Assembly: GCA_938023885.1 (NCBI GenBank)
Contig: CALJCU010000110.1
Span: forward strand, 1-34,968
DNA length: 34,968 nucleotides
Reading direction: 5' to 3'
Origin: an uncultured Prevotella sp.
GTDB lineage: Bacteria; Bacteroidota; Bacteroidia; Bacteroidales; Bacteroidaceae
The position numbers and the translations under genes are program-made. Below are positions 19,598 through 29,916 of the stretch, piece after piece (positions within the stretch are counted from its first letter, which is position 1; every line of letters starts with the position of its first letter). The notes beneath the pieces were generated by a model. That model was not told the DNA's origin, searched no databases, and was given only the letters and a program-made list of their open reading frames with translations.

Positions 19598-21071
19598 ATG
19601 AAAATGAAATACATATCTTTCCTTACCTCCGCTCTCACAGCCCTGCTTCTCGCCTCTTGCACCTCCACTCCGCAGGATGCGACGAAGGTGGACAGGCTGC
19701 CGGCCGTCTATCCCGACTATGCCGGCGTGACCATCCCAGCAGGCATCGCGCCCATGGACTTTGACTTCACCGGCGGACCTTACGACTGCATTGACGTCGT
19801 CGTCAGAGGCAGTAAGGGCGGTGAGCTGCATGCCAACGGCGACGGTGTCGACTTCGACATTGACGACTGGCATGCACTGACCCAGCAGAACAAAGGCGGC
19901 AACCTGACATTCACCGTGTGCGTGGAGAATGACGGCCACTGGACGCAATACAAAGACTTCAAGATGACCGTCAGTCCTTATGCCCTCGGCGAGTGGGGAC
20001 TGTCCTACCGCCGCATTGCCCCGGGCTACGAGGTCTACGGCCACATGGGCATCTACCAGCGCAACCTCAGCAACTTCGACGAGACGCCTATCTTCGACAA
20101 CCTCGCGGCTCCGGGCGCCTGTGTCAACTGCCACACGCAGAACCGTACGAACCCCGACGAGATAACGTTTCACGTCCGCGGTGACCACGGCGCCACTTTC
20201 ATTCGTCACGACGGACACGACGAATGGCTCAAGGCCAAGAACGACTCGCTCCACGGCTCCATGGTCTATCCTTACTGGCACTCGACAGGAAAATACTGCG
20301 CCTACTCCACCAACCAGACGCACCAGAGCTTCCATGCCGTGCGCTCCGAGCGCATCGAGGTCTTCGACCAGTCGTCCGACGTGTTCGTCTATGAGCCGAA
20401 GACACACCAGCTCCTCCTCGACACGCTCATCATGACAAAGAACCACTACGAGACTTATCCCGTGTTCTCGCCCGACGGCCGCACGCTCTATTTCTGTTCC
20501 TCCACGGCTGAGTCTATCCCGTCGCATTACAAGGACATCCGATACAATATCTGCAAGATAGCCTTTCATCCTGACAACGGCACCTTCGGCAGCAAGGTCG
20601 ACACGATTTTCAACGCCCGCCTCCTCGGCAAGAGTGCCACACACCCCCGTCCGTCCTACGACGGCAAATACATCATGTTCACGATGAGCGACTACGGCTG
20701 CTTCCCGATCTGGCATCAGGAAGCCGACAACTGGCTGTTGGATCTCAAGACGGGCAAGGCCCATCCGTTGACCGCTGCCAACAGTCGTAACACCGACTCC
20801 TGGCACAACTGGAGCAGCAACAGCCACTGGTTCGTCTTCACCTCCCGCCGTGGTGACGGTCTCTACACCCGCCTCTACCTCGCTTCCATCGACGACAAGG
20901 GTAACGTCAGCAAGCCGTTCCTCCTTCCGCAGCGCCATCCTGCCGAATACTACGACCAGCTCCTTGACTCTTACAACACGCCCGACTTCCTGTCAAAAAA
21001 AAGTAGAGCTCGATATGCATAAGGCCGGTGCCGCCATCATATCCGACAAGCGCGTGTCGACCAAACCATAG
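19598..21071 (+). CDS. TolB-like (PD40 beta-propeller) lipoprotein with CxxCH motif; frameshift in an A8 run at 20995-21002
   Basis: Signal …LLLASC from ATG 19598; 'CVNCH'; PD40-like repeats 'YPVFSPDGRTLYF', 'PRPSYDGKYIMF', 'WSSNSHWFVFTSRR'. With A7 instead of A8 the protein ends 'FLSKKVELDMHKAGAAIISDKRVSTKP*'. Confidence 0.8.
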
Positions 21072-21146
21072 GGGCGACATTGTACTAAATACACGCCAAC
21101 CTACTTGCATTTAGCCGACTGCCTTATCTTTTATTCACTTTGGTAA

Positions 21147-21207
21147 AATAGTATCATCATCTGTCAAAATAGTATTATATAACTCTAAGAAATAATCGTT
21201 AACTTTG
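21147..21207 (+). promoter_or_regulatory. susC2 promoter (-7 TAACTTTG 21200-21207) with direct-repeat operator
   Basis: AATAGTATCAT at 21147 and AATAGTATTAT at 21168 (period 21); the second copy is 32 bp before the -7 box. Confidence 0.8.
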
Positions 21208-21278
21208 CACATGTTATCCTAAAAACGGGGAAACAACCGCCAAACACAAGGGGAAACAACAACAAAATATAGTTCTAT

Positions 21279-24200
21279 ATGAAAACAGGACATCAGAGAA
21301 CATCCTCTCAACGGGCATTATTGCTTGCAGGCCTCTGCGTCTGCATGGGTGTAGGCTTTGTGCCTCAGGCCCGTGCCGCTATCGGCAGTGTGTCGATCGT
21401 ACAGCAGCAAGGCAAGAAAGTGACGGGAACGGTCAGCGATTCCCAGGGTCCCATCATCGGCGCTACCGTCCGTGTTAAAGGCACGCAGATAGCCACGGTG
21501 ACCGATATGGACGGTAAATACTCCATCAGTATCAAGCCGGGTCAGACACTTCTTGTCTCCTATGTGGGTTACACCGACAAGGAGGTGAAGATTGGCAGTC
21601 AGGCTAAATACGACGTCACCCTTCAGGAAAACAACAACGACCTCAATGAGGTTGTTGTCGTCGGTTACGGTACGATGAAGAAGAGCGACCTTGCGGGTGC
21701 CTCCGCCTCCCTCGATGAGAAGACGCTCAAGAGTTCACCCATCACCAACATCGACCAGAGCTTCCAGGGCCGCATTGCCGGCGTCAACGCCGTGCAGACC
21801 AGTGGCGCGCCGGGCTCTGCCATCTCTGTACAGGTGCGTGGACAGGCCACCATCAACGCCGCTTCCGACCCACTCTATGTTGTCGACGGTGTGATTTACA
21901 ACTCTCAGAGCAACAGCGGTTCCAGCCTCGGACTGGGCGATAAGCTCGGCAACGGCACCCACTCGGCTGTCTCTCCCCTCTCGCTCATCGCTCCTTCCGA
22001 CATCGTGAGCATCGAGGTGCTTAAGGATGCCTCTGCCACCGCCATCTACGGTGCGCAGGGCGCCAACGGTGTGGTGCTCATCACGACGAAGAAAGGTAAG
22101 AGCGGCGACGCCAAGTTCTCCTACAACGGCACCCTCACCGTCAGCCGCCAGAACAAGCGCCTTGACATCATGAACCTGCGCGAGTTTGCGGAGTTCTACG
22201 ACGACCTCGTGGATCAGGGCGAAATCTCCAATCCCGACAAGTCGTACAGCGATCCCAGCATCCTTGGACGCGGCACCAATTGGCAGGACGCAGTCTTCCA
22301 GACTGCATGGCAGCAGACCCATCAGGTCAGCGCTGAGGGCGGATCTGACAAGATACATTATTATATGAGCGGCAGCTACGACAACCAGGAAGGCACCATC
22401 ATCGGGTCGAGTTTCCGCCGCTTCAACGTGCGTGTGAACCTTGACGCGCAGGTGAAGAAATGGCTCAAGCTCGGCTTCAACGGCACCTTTGCCAACACGC
22501 ACGAGAGCCTTAAGCTCGCTGATTCGGAAGAAGGACTCATCAACTACTCGCTCACTACGCCCCCCGACATACAGATCTATGATGTCAACGGCAACTACTC
22601 CAGCGTCTCGAAGGAGGGCTTCTCCAATCCGAACCCGATTGCCATGGCCATGCTCGACGACATCCTGCTCAAGCGACAGACCTTGAACGGCAGCATCTAT
22701 GCAGATATCACGCCTATCAGGAACCTCACCTGGCACAGCCAGTTTGGATACGACGTCAACGCCTCGCGTGCGCAGACCTACAACCCAAAAGTGAATTTGG
22801 GGACGTGGAACCGTGACCAGAACCAGGGCCGTCTGCAGAAGAACAGCGGCAACTACTGGTCGTTCAACAACTACGTCACCTACAACATGCAATTTGGCAA
22901 GCACGGCATCACCGCCATGCTCGGACAGGAATGCTGGGAGTCGAAGTACGACTACACCATGGTGTTCAATACTGATCTGCCCAGCGATGCCGTTCACAAC
23001 CCAGCCTTGGGCGCCGGCAACCCACAGATTGGCGCCGGATGGGGCAGCTCGTCGATGGCTTCATTCTTCACTCGTGAGAACTACAACTACGATGATCGCT
23101 ACCTTGCCACCTATACCTACCGTTATGATGGTTCGTCGAATTTCGGTCCCAACAAGCGGTGGGCAGGCTTCCACTCTCTGGCGCTGGCGTGGAGATTCTC
23201 CAACGAGAAGTTCATCCAGAAGGCTGTAGGCAGCTGGCTCTCCAACGGTAAGCTGCGCATCGGATGGGGTCAGACCGGTAACTCGAACATTGGTGGATAC
23301 AAGTGGGGCTCCCTCGTCTCCGCCATGGCTACAGGGCTGGGCATGAGCTATCGCCCCGCCAACCTGAAGAATCTCGACATCAAATGGGAGACACAGGAGC
23401 AGTGGAATGTCGGTCTCGACCTCGGATTTTTCAACAACCGCGTCAACCTCACAGTTGACTGGTACAACAAACAGTCGAAAGACATGCTCATGCAGCTCAT
23501 TCTCCCGTCTATCATGGGTACGAGCGGCAACAGCTCCTCAGCGTTGGCAGCGCCTTATGGCAACTATGGCGACATCGAGAACCACGGTGTGGAGATCGCA
23601 CTCAATACGCATCCCGTCGTCACGAAGAACTTCTCCTGGGACAGTGACATCAATTTCTCGCTCAACCGCAACAAGCTCAAGAGCCTCGGTGGGTCGACAG
23701 CCATTGTCGGTTACGGACAGTGGACCGACGTGGTGAGCCGCTCCGTGCCGGGAGAGTCGCTTTACAACTTCTACGGTTACAAGGTCGAAGGCGTGTATAA
23801 AGACTTTCAGGACATCCTCGACTCGCCGGTCAACACGCTGACAAAGAACAATCCGGTGGTCACCGACGCCGACGGCAAGAAGCATTGGGACGCAGACCCC
23901 ACCAAGTACAGCCGTACCAACACCACCTTTGTAGGCGACCTCAAATATAAAGATGTGAACGGAGACGGTGTCATCGACGAGAATGATAAGACCAATATCG
24001 GTTCACCGCTACCCAAATGGACCTTTGGTTGGAACAACACGTTGCGCTACAAGCAGTTTGATCTCAACTTCTTCATCAACGGCTCCGTTGGCAACAAGGT
24101 CGGCAACTACCTCAAGATGAAGCTGACTCACATGAATTCGGCATGGGTCAATCAGCTCACTGACGTGAAGAACCGTGCTCATCTCGCCCCCAAGAACGGC

Positions 24201-24575
24201 GTCCGTTCGGCTTACTGGTATGACAACATTGCCAACGTGGTGGTCACCAATCCTGGCGGCACCATGCCCCGCGCCTCTGTCAATGATCCTAACGACAACG
24301 ACGCGTGGAGCGACCGCTATATTGAGGATGGATCGTATGTCCGTCTGAAGAGCATCACGCTCGGATATACATTCAGTCCGATGCTCGTGAAGAAGATTGG
24401 ACTGACCGCACTCAGGCTGACTTTCAATGCCACCAACCTCTTCACCATCACCGGCTACGACGGCTACGACCCCGAAATCGGTGTCTCCACTGCCAGTGCC
24501 AATGTCTTCGGTCTCGACAATGGCCGTTATCCCTCGCCCACGACGTTTGCCTTCGGGCTCAATGCCTCCTTTTAA
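21279..24575 (+). CDS. susC: SusC/RagA-family TonB-dependent transporter (2)
   Basis: 'LNEVVVVGYG', 'IEVLKDASATAIYGAQGANGVVLITTK', 'IKWET', C-terminal 'YPSPTTFAFGLNASF'. Confidence 0.97.
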   Translation: MKTGHQRTSSQRALLLAGLCVCMGVGFVPQARAAIGSVSIVQQQGKKVTGTVSDSQGPIIGATVRVKGTQIATVTDMDGKYSISIKPGQTLLVSYVGYTDKEVKIGSQAKYDVTLQENNNDLNEVVVVGYGTMKKSDLAGASASLDEKTLKSSPITNIDQSFQGRIAGVNAVQTSGAPGSAISVQVRGQATINAASDPLYVVDGVIYNSQSNSGSSLGLGDKLGNGTHSAVSPLSLIAPSDIVSIEVLKDASATAIYGAQGANGVVLITTKKGKSGDAKFSYNGTLTVSRQNKRLDIMNLREFAEFYDDLVDQGEISNPDKSYSDPSILGRGTNWQDAVFQTAWQQTHQVSAEGGSDKIHYYMSGSYDNQEGTIIGSSFRRFNVRVNLDAQVKKWLKLGFNGTFANTHESLKLADSEEGLINYSLTTPPDIQIYDVNGNYSSVSKEGFSNPNPIAMAMLDDILLKRQTLNGSIYADITPIRNLTWHSQFGYDVNASRAQTYNPKVNLGTWNRDQNQGRLQKNSGNYWSFNNYVTYNMQFGKHGITAMLGQECWESKYDYTMVFNTDLPSDAVHNPALGAGNPQIGAGWGSSSMASFFTRENYNYDDRYLATYTYRYDGSSNFGPNKRWAGFHSLALAWRFSNEKFIQKAVGSWLSNGKLRIGWGQTGNSNIGGYKWGSLVSAMATGLGMSYRPANLKNLDIKWETQEQWNVGLDLGFFNNRVNLTVDWYNKQSKDMLMQLILPSIMGTSGNSSSALAAPYGNYGDIENHGVEIALNTHPVVTKNFSWDSDINFSLNRNKLKSLGGSTAIVGYGQWTDVVSRSVPGESLYNFYGYKVEGVYKDFQDILDSPVNTLTKNNPVVTDADGKKHWDADPTKYSRTNTTFVGDLKYKDVNGDGVIDENDKTNIGSPLPKWTFGWNNTLRYKQFDLNFFINGSVGNKVGNYLKMKLTHMNSAWVNQLTDVKNRAHLAPKNGVRSAYWYDNIANVVVTNPGGTMPRASVNDPNDNDAWSDRYIEDGSYVRLKSITLGYTFSPMLVKKIGLTALRLTFNATNLFTITGYDGYDPEIGVSTASANVFGLDNGRYPSPTTFAFGLNASF

Positions 24576-24629
24576 GAAGTGGGAAAACGATTATCTTCAC
24601 ACACGTCAATTCAATCATATAGAAATCAT

Positions 24630-26390
24630 ATGAGACTCAAGAGATTAACATATATTGCTGCTGCCGCCCTCATGGGGCTCTCGCTGACAGCATGTGGCGA
24701 CTTCCTCGACAAGCCCGCAAAGGATAGCTACAACACCGATAACTTCTACACGTCTGACGATGCCTGCGTCTCCGGCGTGAACTATCTCTACAACTCGCCG
24801 TGGTATGACTTCCAGCGCGGATTCATCAAGCTCGGTGAGGTGATGTCGGGCAACATGTACTGGGGGTCGAGCCCGTACCTCAACTTCTCGGTCAACGGCA
24901 CCGACCAGGACCTGGTCAACATGTCTTACTCGCTCTGGGCTGCCATCGGCAACGCCAACACGGTGTACAACTCGCTCAAAGGCGCTACGGCGTCGGAAAA
25001 AGTGAAGAACCAGTGCATGGGCGAATGCCTGGCATGGAAAGCCATGGCCTACTTCTTTCTCGTGCGGTCCTTTGGTGATGTGCCTATCATCCACGACAAC
25101 TCCGTCAACCTTGCCAGCGGCGATTACAACACCCTGCACAAGGTGGAGAAAGCCGATGTCTACGACTACATCATCCTGACCTTGGAGAAGGCCATGGAAC
25201 TGTTGCCTAAAGAGAAGAGCACCACAGGGCGCATCGACTATTACTGTGCCGAGGGACTGCTCGCGAAGGTTTATCTTACCAAGGCCGGTGTGACGGGCAA
25301 GCTCAACAACGACGACCTGCAGAAAGCCGCGCAGTATGCCCGCGACGTTGTCGAGAACTCGGGCAGACAGCTCATGGCCAACTATGAGGATATCTTCCGC
25401 GGCAAGAACAACGCCAGCGATGAGAGCCTTATTGCCTGGCGCTGGACCGTGGGAGCGCAGTGGACTTGCCAGAACACGCTGCAAAGTGACCTTGCTCCCG
25501 AGGGCTTTGATGAGAATGGCGACTGCTGGGGCGGCTGGGGCGGACCCTCTGTCGACCTTATGGAGGCGTTCGGCGTGGAGCCTACCGACGACCCCTCAAA
25601 GCGCATCGACAAGGATGTCAGACGCAAAGCCACTATCATGATGGCAGGCGACTACTATCCTTACTTCTGGCGTGACAAGACCGTACCGGCCAACGCGCAC
25701 TCTGCGGGAGCTGGAGCGAGAGGATTGGATATACTGGCATTCTATTACGACAAGAACTATAACAAGGCAGCTACAGGACAGTTCCAGGGACCCTGCGGCG
25801 CACAGAACGTGAAGAATCTCTATGGTGACCAGGCCGACCATCAGGCTGAAATGAACATGTCGTCGGCACGCATGAGCAATGCCCTCGCTACCCATATCCT
25901 GAGATTGAGCGATGTTTATCTTGTCTATGCTGAAGCTGAGGTGCTGCTTGGAGATGGTTCTGACCCCGAGGCGCTGAAGTGTTTCAATGCCGTTCACGAG
26001 CGTGCCGTGCAGAATCAGGATCCGGAAAAGACCACGCTGACCTTTGATGACATCTGGAAAGAGCGCCGCCTCGAGTTCGCCGGTGAGGGTGACCGCTGGT
26101 ACGACTTCGTGCGCCGTGCCTACTATGATCCGGAGGCATGTGTCAAGGAAATCAAAGCCCAGAAACGTAATGCGTGGTGGAACTGCGACGAGGTCTACAA
26201 GACTTATTATGAGAGTGGCGTTTGGAAAGTAACCGACGACTGTAAGTACGACGACCAGACAGCGGTACCCAATGTCACCGTGAACAGCTTCACGCTGCCC
26301 TTCCCCACAGAGGACGTGACGCTGAATCCGAACCTTGCCAGCTCCGCGCAGGCTGAGCACGTCGATGTACGAAAGACGTACAGCTATTAA
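24630..26390 (+). CDS. susD: SusD/RagB-family lipoprotein (2)
   Basis: ATG 24630 gives the signal …LSLTAC; 'LLAKVYLT', 'LRLSDVYLVYAEA', 'ERRLEFAGEGDRWYDFVR'. Confidence 0.93.
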   Translation: MRLKRLTYIAAAALMGLSLTACGDFLDKPAKDSYNTDNFYTSDDACVSGVNYLYNSPWYDFQRGFIKLGEVMSGNMYWGSSPYLNFSVNGTDQDLVNMSYSLWAAIGNANTVYNSLKGATASEKVKNQCMGECLAWKAMAYFFLVRSFGDVPIIHDNSVNLASGDYNTLHKVEKADVYDYIILTLEKAMELLPKEKSTTGRIDYYCAEGLLAKVYLTKAGVTGKLNNDDLQKAAQYARDVVENSGRQLMANYEDIFRGKNNASDESLIAWRWTVGAQWTCQNTLQSDLAPEGFDENGDCWGGWGGPSVDLMEAFGVEPTDDPSKRIDKDVRRKATIMMAGDYYPYFWRDKTVPANAHSAGAGARGLDILAFYYDKNYNKAATGQFQGPCGAQNVKNLYGDQADHQAEMNMSSARMSNALATHILRLSDVYLVYAEAEVLLGDGSDPEALKCFNAVHERAVQNQDPEKTTLTFDDIWKERRLEFAGEGDRWYDFVRRAYYDPEACVKEIKAQKRNAWWNCDEVYKTYYESGVWKVTDDCKYDDQTAVPNVTVNSFTLPFPTEDVTLNPNLASSAQAEHVDVRKTYSY

Positions 26391-26425
26391 TTCGCTTTTC
26401 TTTCAACAATCAAGAACATTCAGTC

Positions 26426-27751
26426 ATGAAAATAAAAAATATGAAATGGGTAGCCCTGATGGCTCTCGCCGTGGCAGGTATGGGGCTTACCTCGTGTGAG
26501 GATCAGCCCGACAAGTACAAGATCACGTCGGGAACGCCGAGCATCAGCTTCATCCGTCCCGTCGATGTGGCAAAGAAGGACTCGCTCCTCACAGCGGCGT
26601 CGCTCAGCAACACCATCGTACTTGTGGGCCACAACCTGCGCAGCATCACTTCGTTACTCTTCAATGATGTGCCCGCCGTGCTCAACACCAGCTACATCAC
26701 CGACAACACGATGATCGTCACCGTGCCCAAGACGCTGCCTACGCACGTGAGCGACCAGATCTACATGGTCACAGGCAAACACGACACCATCCCTTATCCC
26801 TTCAAGGTCACGATTCCCGTGCCTGACATTCTTGGCATGAGCAATGAGCATGCGAAGGCGGGGGAGAGTGTCACCATTATGGGCGATTACTTCCTCGACT
26901 ACGACAACGCGCCGCTGCAGGTCAAGGTGGGCGATGGTTACACGATCGACCGCCGTGCCATCACGTCGCTCACGAAGACCGCCATCACCTTCACCGTGCC
27001 CGAGAATATGCCGCACGACTTCATCCATGTGGTGTCGAAGTATGGTGATACCAAGGCTTCGTTCAAGTATATGGACAATCGTGGCTTGCTCTTCGACTTT
27101 GACACGCCGTGGGACGGCACCAATGTGCTGGGCAATCACGGATGGCACAACCAGAAGATTCAGGAGGATGACGCTTCGCTCGAAGGCCATTATCTGATGC
27201 TTGGCGATGCGGATTTGGCAAAGGATGCAGCCTGGAATGATGGTAATTTCTGTTTTGAGTATTGGGCTGGCACATGGGACAAGACCTTCGAAAAGGACGG
27301 ACCCAAGCTCAACGACGTCGCCGACTTCTCCAACTGGAACAAGAAAGCCCTGAAGTTTGAGATGTGCATCCCCTCCGATCACCCATGGACATCGGGAGCC
27401 ATGCAGCTCATCTTTGCCGGCATTGACAAGGTGACGCTCTTCAATGCCAACAACACGTTCTTCCATCACAAAGGTGATATCTCGCGTGCGCTCTACATGC
27501 CGTGGAACAATAGCGACAAGAGCTACGACACGGGCGGCAAGTGGGTGACGGTCACAATTCCGTTTACTGACTTCAACCGCGACTGGGACGGCAACGCACT
27601 GAACTCTACATTCAGGAGCGTTGAGGACTTCGCATCGCTCACGATCTTCGTGGTCAAGGGCGGATATGATGACAAATCGGTCATTCCTGATGGCAAGGAC
27701 GGACATCCTGTCATCCGCATTGACAATATCCGCGTGGTACCCATGAATTAA
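26426..27751 (+). CDS. Surface glycan-binding lipoprotein (SGBP-B-like; IPT/TIG domains plus C-terminal binding domain)
   Basis: Signal …GLTSC; Ig-like N-terminal repeats; C-terminal 'LKFEM…W..VTIPFTDF…IRIDNIRVVP'; follows susD. Confidence 0.8.
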   Translation: MKIKNMKWVALMALAVAGMGLTSCEDQPDKYKITSGTPSISFIRPVDVAKKDSLLTAASLSNTIVLVGHNLRSITSLLFNDVPAVLNTSYITDNTMIVTVPKTLPTHVSDQIYMVTGKHDTIPYPFKVTIPVPDILGMSNEHAKAGESVTIMGDYFLDYDNAPLQVKVGDGYTIDRRAITSLTKTAITFTVPENMPHDFIHVVSKYGDTKASFKYMDNRGLLFDFDTPWDGTNVLGNHGWHNQKIQEDDASLEGHYLMLGDADLAKDAAWNDGNFCFEYWAGTWDKTFEKDGPKLNDVADFSNWNKKALKFEMCIPSDHPWTSGAMQLIFAGIDKVTLFNANNTFFHHKGDISRALYMPWNNSDKSYDTGGKWVTVTIPFTDFNRDWDGNALNSTFRSVEDFASLTIFVVKGGYDDKSVIPDGKDGHPVIRIDNIRVVPMN

Positions 27752-27787
27752 ATCCATCACCCTCAGCTGATTAAAATTTGGTAAGAA

Positions 27788-29806
27788 ATGAAAACACTCA
27801 AGTATATCATCTTCCTGTTGACGTTAGCTCTCACGGGACTGTCACTGACAGGATGCAACAGCGAGGATAACCTCAACACCGACCCGTACGGCAACGACAT
27901 CTCCGTCCTGTCCTTTGGTCCCTGCCCCGTGCTGCGCGGGGGCACACTCCATTTCCTTGGTTCCAACCTCGACCAGATAGCGGAGATTGATCTCCCCGGC
28001 GCTGATCCCATCACGCAGTACGAAGTGGTGAAAGCCGGACAAGAGAGCGAGATCACCATCCAGGTGCCCGCCGAGAAATGCGACACCGGTATCGTGGTGC
28101 TCAAGACGCGCAAGGGCGGCGTGATCCGCACGATCACCCCCGTCACCTATCGCGAGGACATCGTGGTCAAAGACTTCTATGTCGGCAGCGACAAATCCAG
28201 CAAGACGGGCAGCGTTGGCGACGTCGTGACCATTGAAGGCGATTATCTCAACCTCTTCCATGGTGTTATCTTTACCGACAGAGACACCATACCCGAGAGT
28301 CAGTTCACGGAGCACAGCCGCTACATGATTAGGGTCATCATCCCCAAGGAGGCTAAGACCGGCGTACTGAAGCTCACTGATCTTGCCGAAGCACCGACGG
28401 AGTATGAGACCAAAGAAGTGCTCAACGTCAATCTTCCGGAGGCAAAAGGCATAGACAACACGCATCCCAAGGCTGGCCAAAACATCACGGTCACGGGCTC
28501 AAGCCTTGAACAGATTGTTGCCGTGAAGTTCCAGGGCGCTACCATCGAGGGCGTTACTGCTGCCGGCGATGGCAGGAGCCTGACGGTTGCTGTGCCTGTC
28601 AAGGCCACCGATGGAGAGGTGACCCTCGTCACTGCTTCCGGTGTGGAGATCCCTGCAGGCACCATCACGACCGTCGTACCGACGGATCTTTCTTACGCTC
28701 CCACTCCTGTGAAGAATGGCAGCACCATCACCGTGACAGGTAAGGACCTCGACCTGGTGACTACGCTGCAGTTCCCCGACGGTACCAACGGCATCGACGT
28801 GGACGCTGTCTATAAGGACGGTAAGGTCTCTGCTGTTGTGCCGGAGAAGGCTCAGGCTGGAGAACTCAAGCTGAAGCTCGCCAACGGCAAGACTGTCAGC
28901 CTCGATTACAAGCTCGTAGAGCCCACGGTGACGAAGTTCTCACCTGCGGTGGTCACGGCCGGCAACAAGATTGCCATCATCGGTAGGGACCTTGACCTTG
29001 TGGCTTCCGTCACCTTCCCTGGTGACTCACCGCTGCAAGGCGAGGACATGAAGGCCAGCGAAGGCGGCTCCGCCATCACCGTGGGTGTTCCTGCTGCCGC
29101 TTACGGCACGGGCTGCACGCTGAATCTGAAGAACGGCACCACCGTGGAGGTGAAGGCTGGACTGACGGTCCATGCGGCCACAATGCCGGCTGTCAACGGA
29201 GCAGCCAATGGTGTGGTTGGCGAATACGTTACGATAACGGGCAAGAACTTCAACAATATCGAGTCGCTCTACATCGGTACGACAAAGGTAACGAAGTTCA
29301 AGGACAAGACCAACCGCTCACTGACATTCCAGGTACCTGCCACGCTCGCTTCCAGTTCCTATACGTTCATCGCCGTCCAGCCTGACGGCACGAAGGTGGA
29401 GCTTGGCACGTTCATTGTCAAGTCCAAGGAGGCAGACCTTGCCGAATGTGCCAGATATGAGGATCAGTCTTCCCTCGTGAGCTGGCCGTTTAACTTCGAC
29501 TGGAGCAGCGGTACGGGCAAGATGCGCATCTTTAAGGCTGACCTGAAGAAGCTTGGTGTCAAGGAAGGCTCGCAGCTCATTATCTATAAGGAGGCCGGTC
29601 AGGCCGGCCAGGTGCAGATCAACAATGCTAACTGGGGGGCCGTGGTCACGGTTGCGGACCGAGATGGCACTTCTACCAAGATCGTGCAAGTATTTGATGC
29701 AGCCATGATGGATGCCATCAACAACGTCAGTGACGGTTGGTCCGACACGGCGTTCATCCTGCAAGGCGACCTGAAGGGTGTGACTAAGATGGCCATCATG
29801 CCGTAA
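27788..29806 (+). CDS. IPT/TIG-repeat surface lipoprotein
   Basis: Signal …LTGC; repeated 'G..(I/V)T(I/V).G.(N/D)L' Ig-like modules. Confidence 0.75.
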   Translation: MKTLKYIIFLLTLALTGLSLTGCNSEDNLNTDPYGNDISVLSFGPCPVLRGGTLHFLGSNLDQIAEIDLPGADPITQYEVVKAGQESEITIQVPAEKCDTGIVVLKTRKGGVIRTITPVTYREDIVVKDFYVGSDKSSKTGSVGDVVTIEGDYLNLFHGVIFTDRDTIPESQFTEHSRYMIRVIIPKEAKTGVLKLTDLAEAPTEYETKEVLNVNLPEAKGIDNTHPKAGQNITVTGSSLEQIVAVKFQGATIEGVTAAGDGRSLTVAVPVKATDGEVTLVTASGVEIPAGTITTVVPTDLSYAPTPVKNGSTITVTGKDLDLVTTLQFPDGTNGIDVDAVYKDGKVSAVVPEKAQAGELKLKLANGKTVSLDYKLVEPTVTKFSPAVVTAGNKIAIIGRDLDLVASVTFPGDSPLQGEDMKASEGGSAITVGVPAAAYGTGCTLNLKNGTTVEVKAGLTVHAATMPAVNGAANGVVGEYVTITGKNFNNIESLYIGTTKVTKFKDKTNRSLTFQVPATLASSSYTFIAVQPDGTKVELGTFIVKSKEADLAECARYEDQSSLVSWPFNFDWSSGTGKMRIFKADLKKLGVKEGSQLIIYKEAGQAGQVQINNANWGAVVTVADRDGTSTKIVQVFDAAMMDAINNVSDGWSDTAFILQGDLKGVTKMAIMP

Positions 29807-29811
29807 CCGTC

Positions 29812-29851
29812 TTCATGCGGGGGTGTCCACGGGTGGGCACCTCTGCGTGAA
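29812..29851 (+). terminator. Long stem-loop after the SusC2 unit (terminator or mRNA-stabilising hairpin)
   Basis: TTCATGCGGGGGTGTCCAC/GTGGGCACCTCTGCGTGAA pairs using several G-U pairs on the + strand; followed by an A run rather than a U tract. Confidence 0.5.
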
Positions 29852-29916
29852 AAAACGTGGTAGATAGCGATGACCTATGCGTTTACGTCATTTTACTAAA
29901 ACATTATTCCTGCTAC

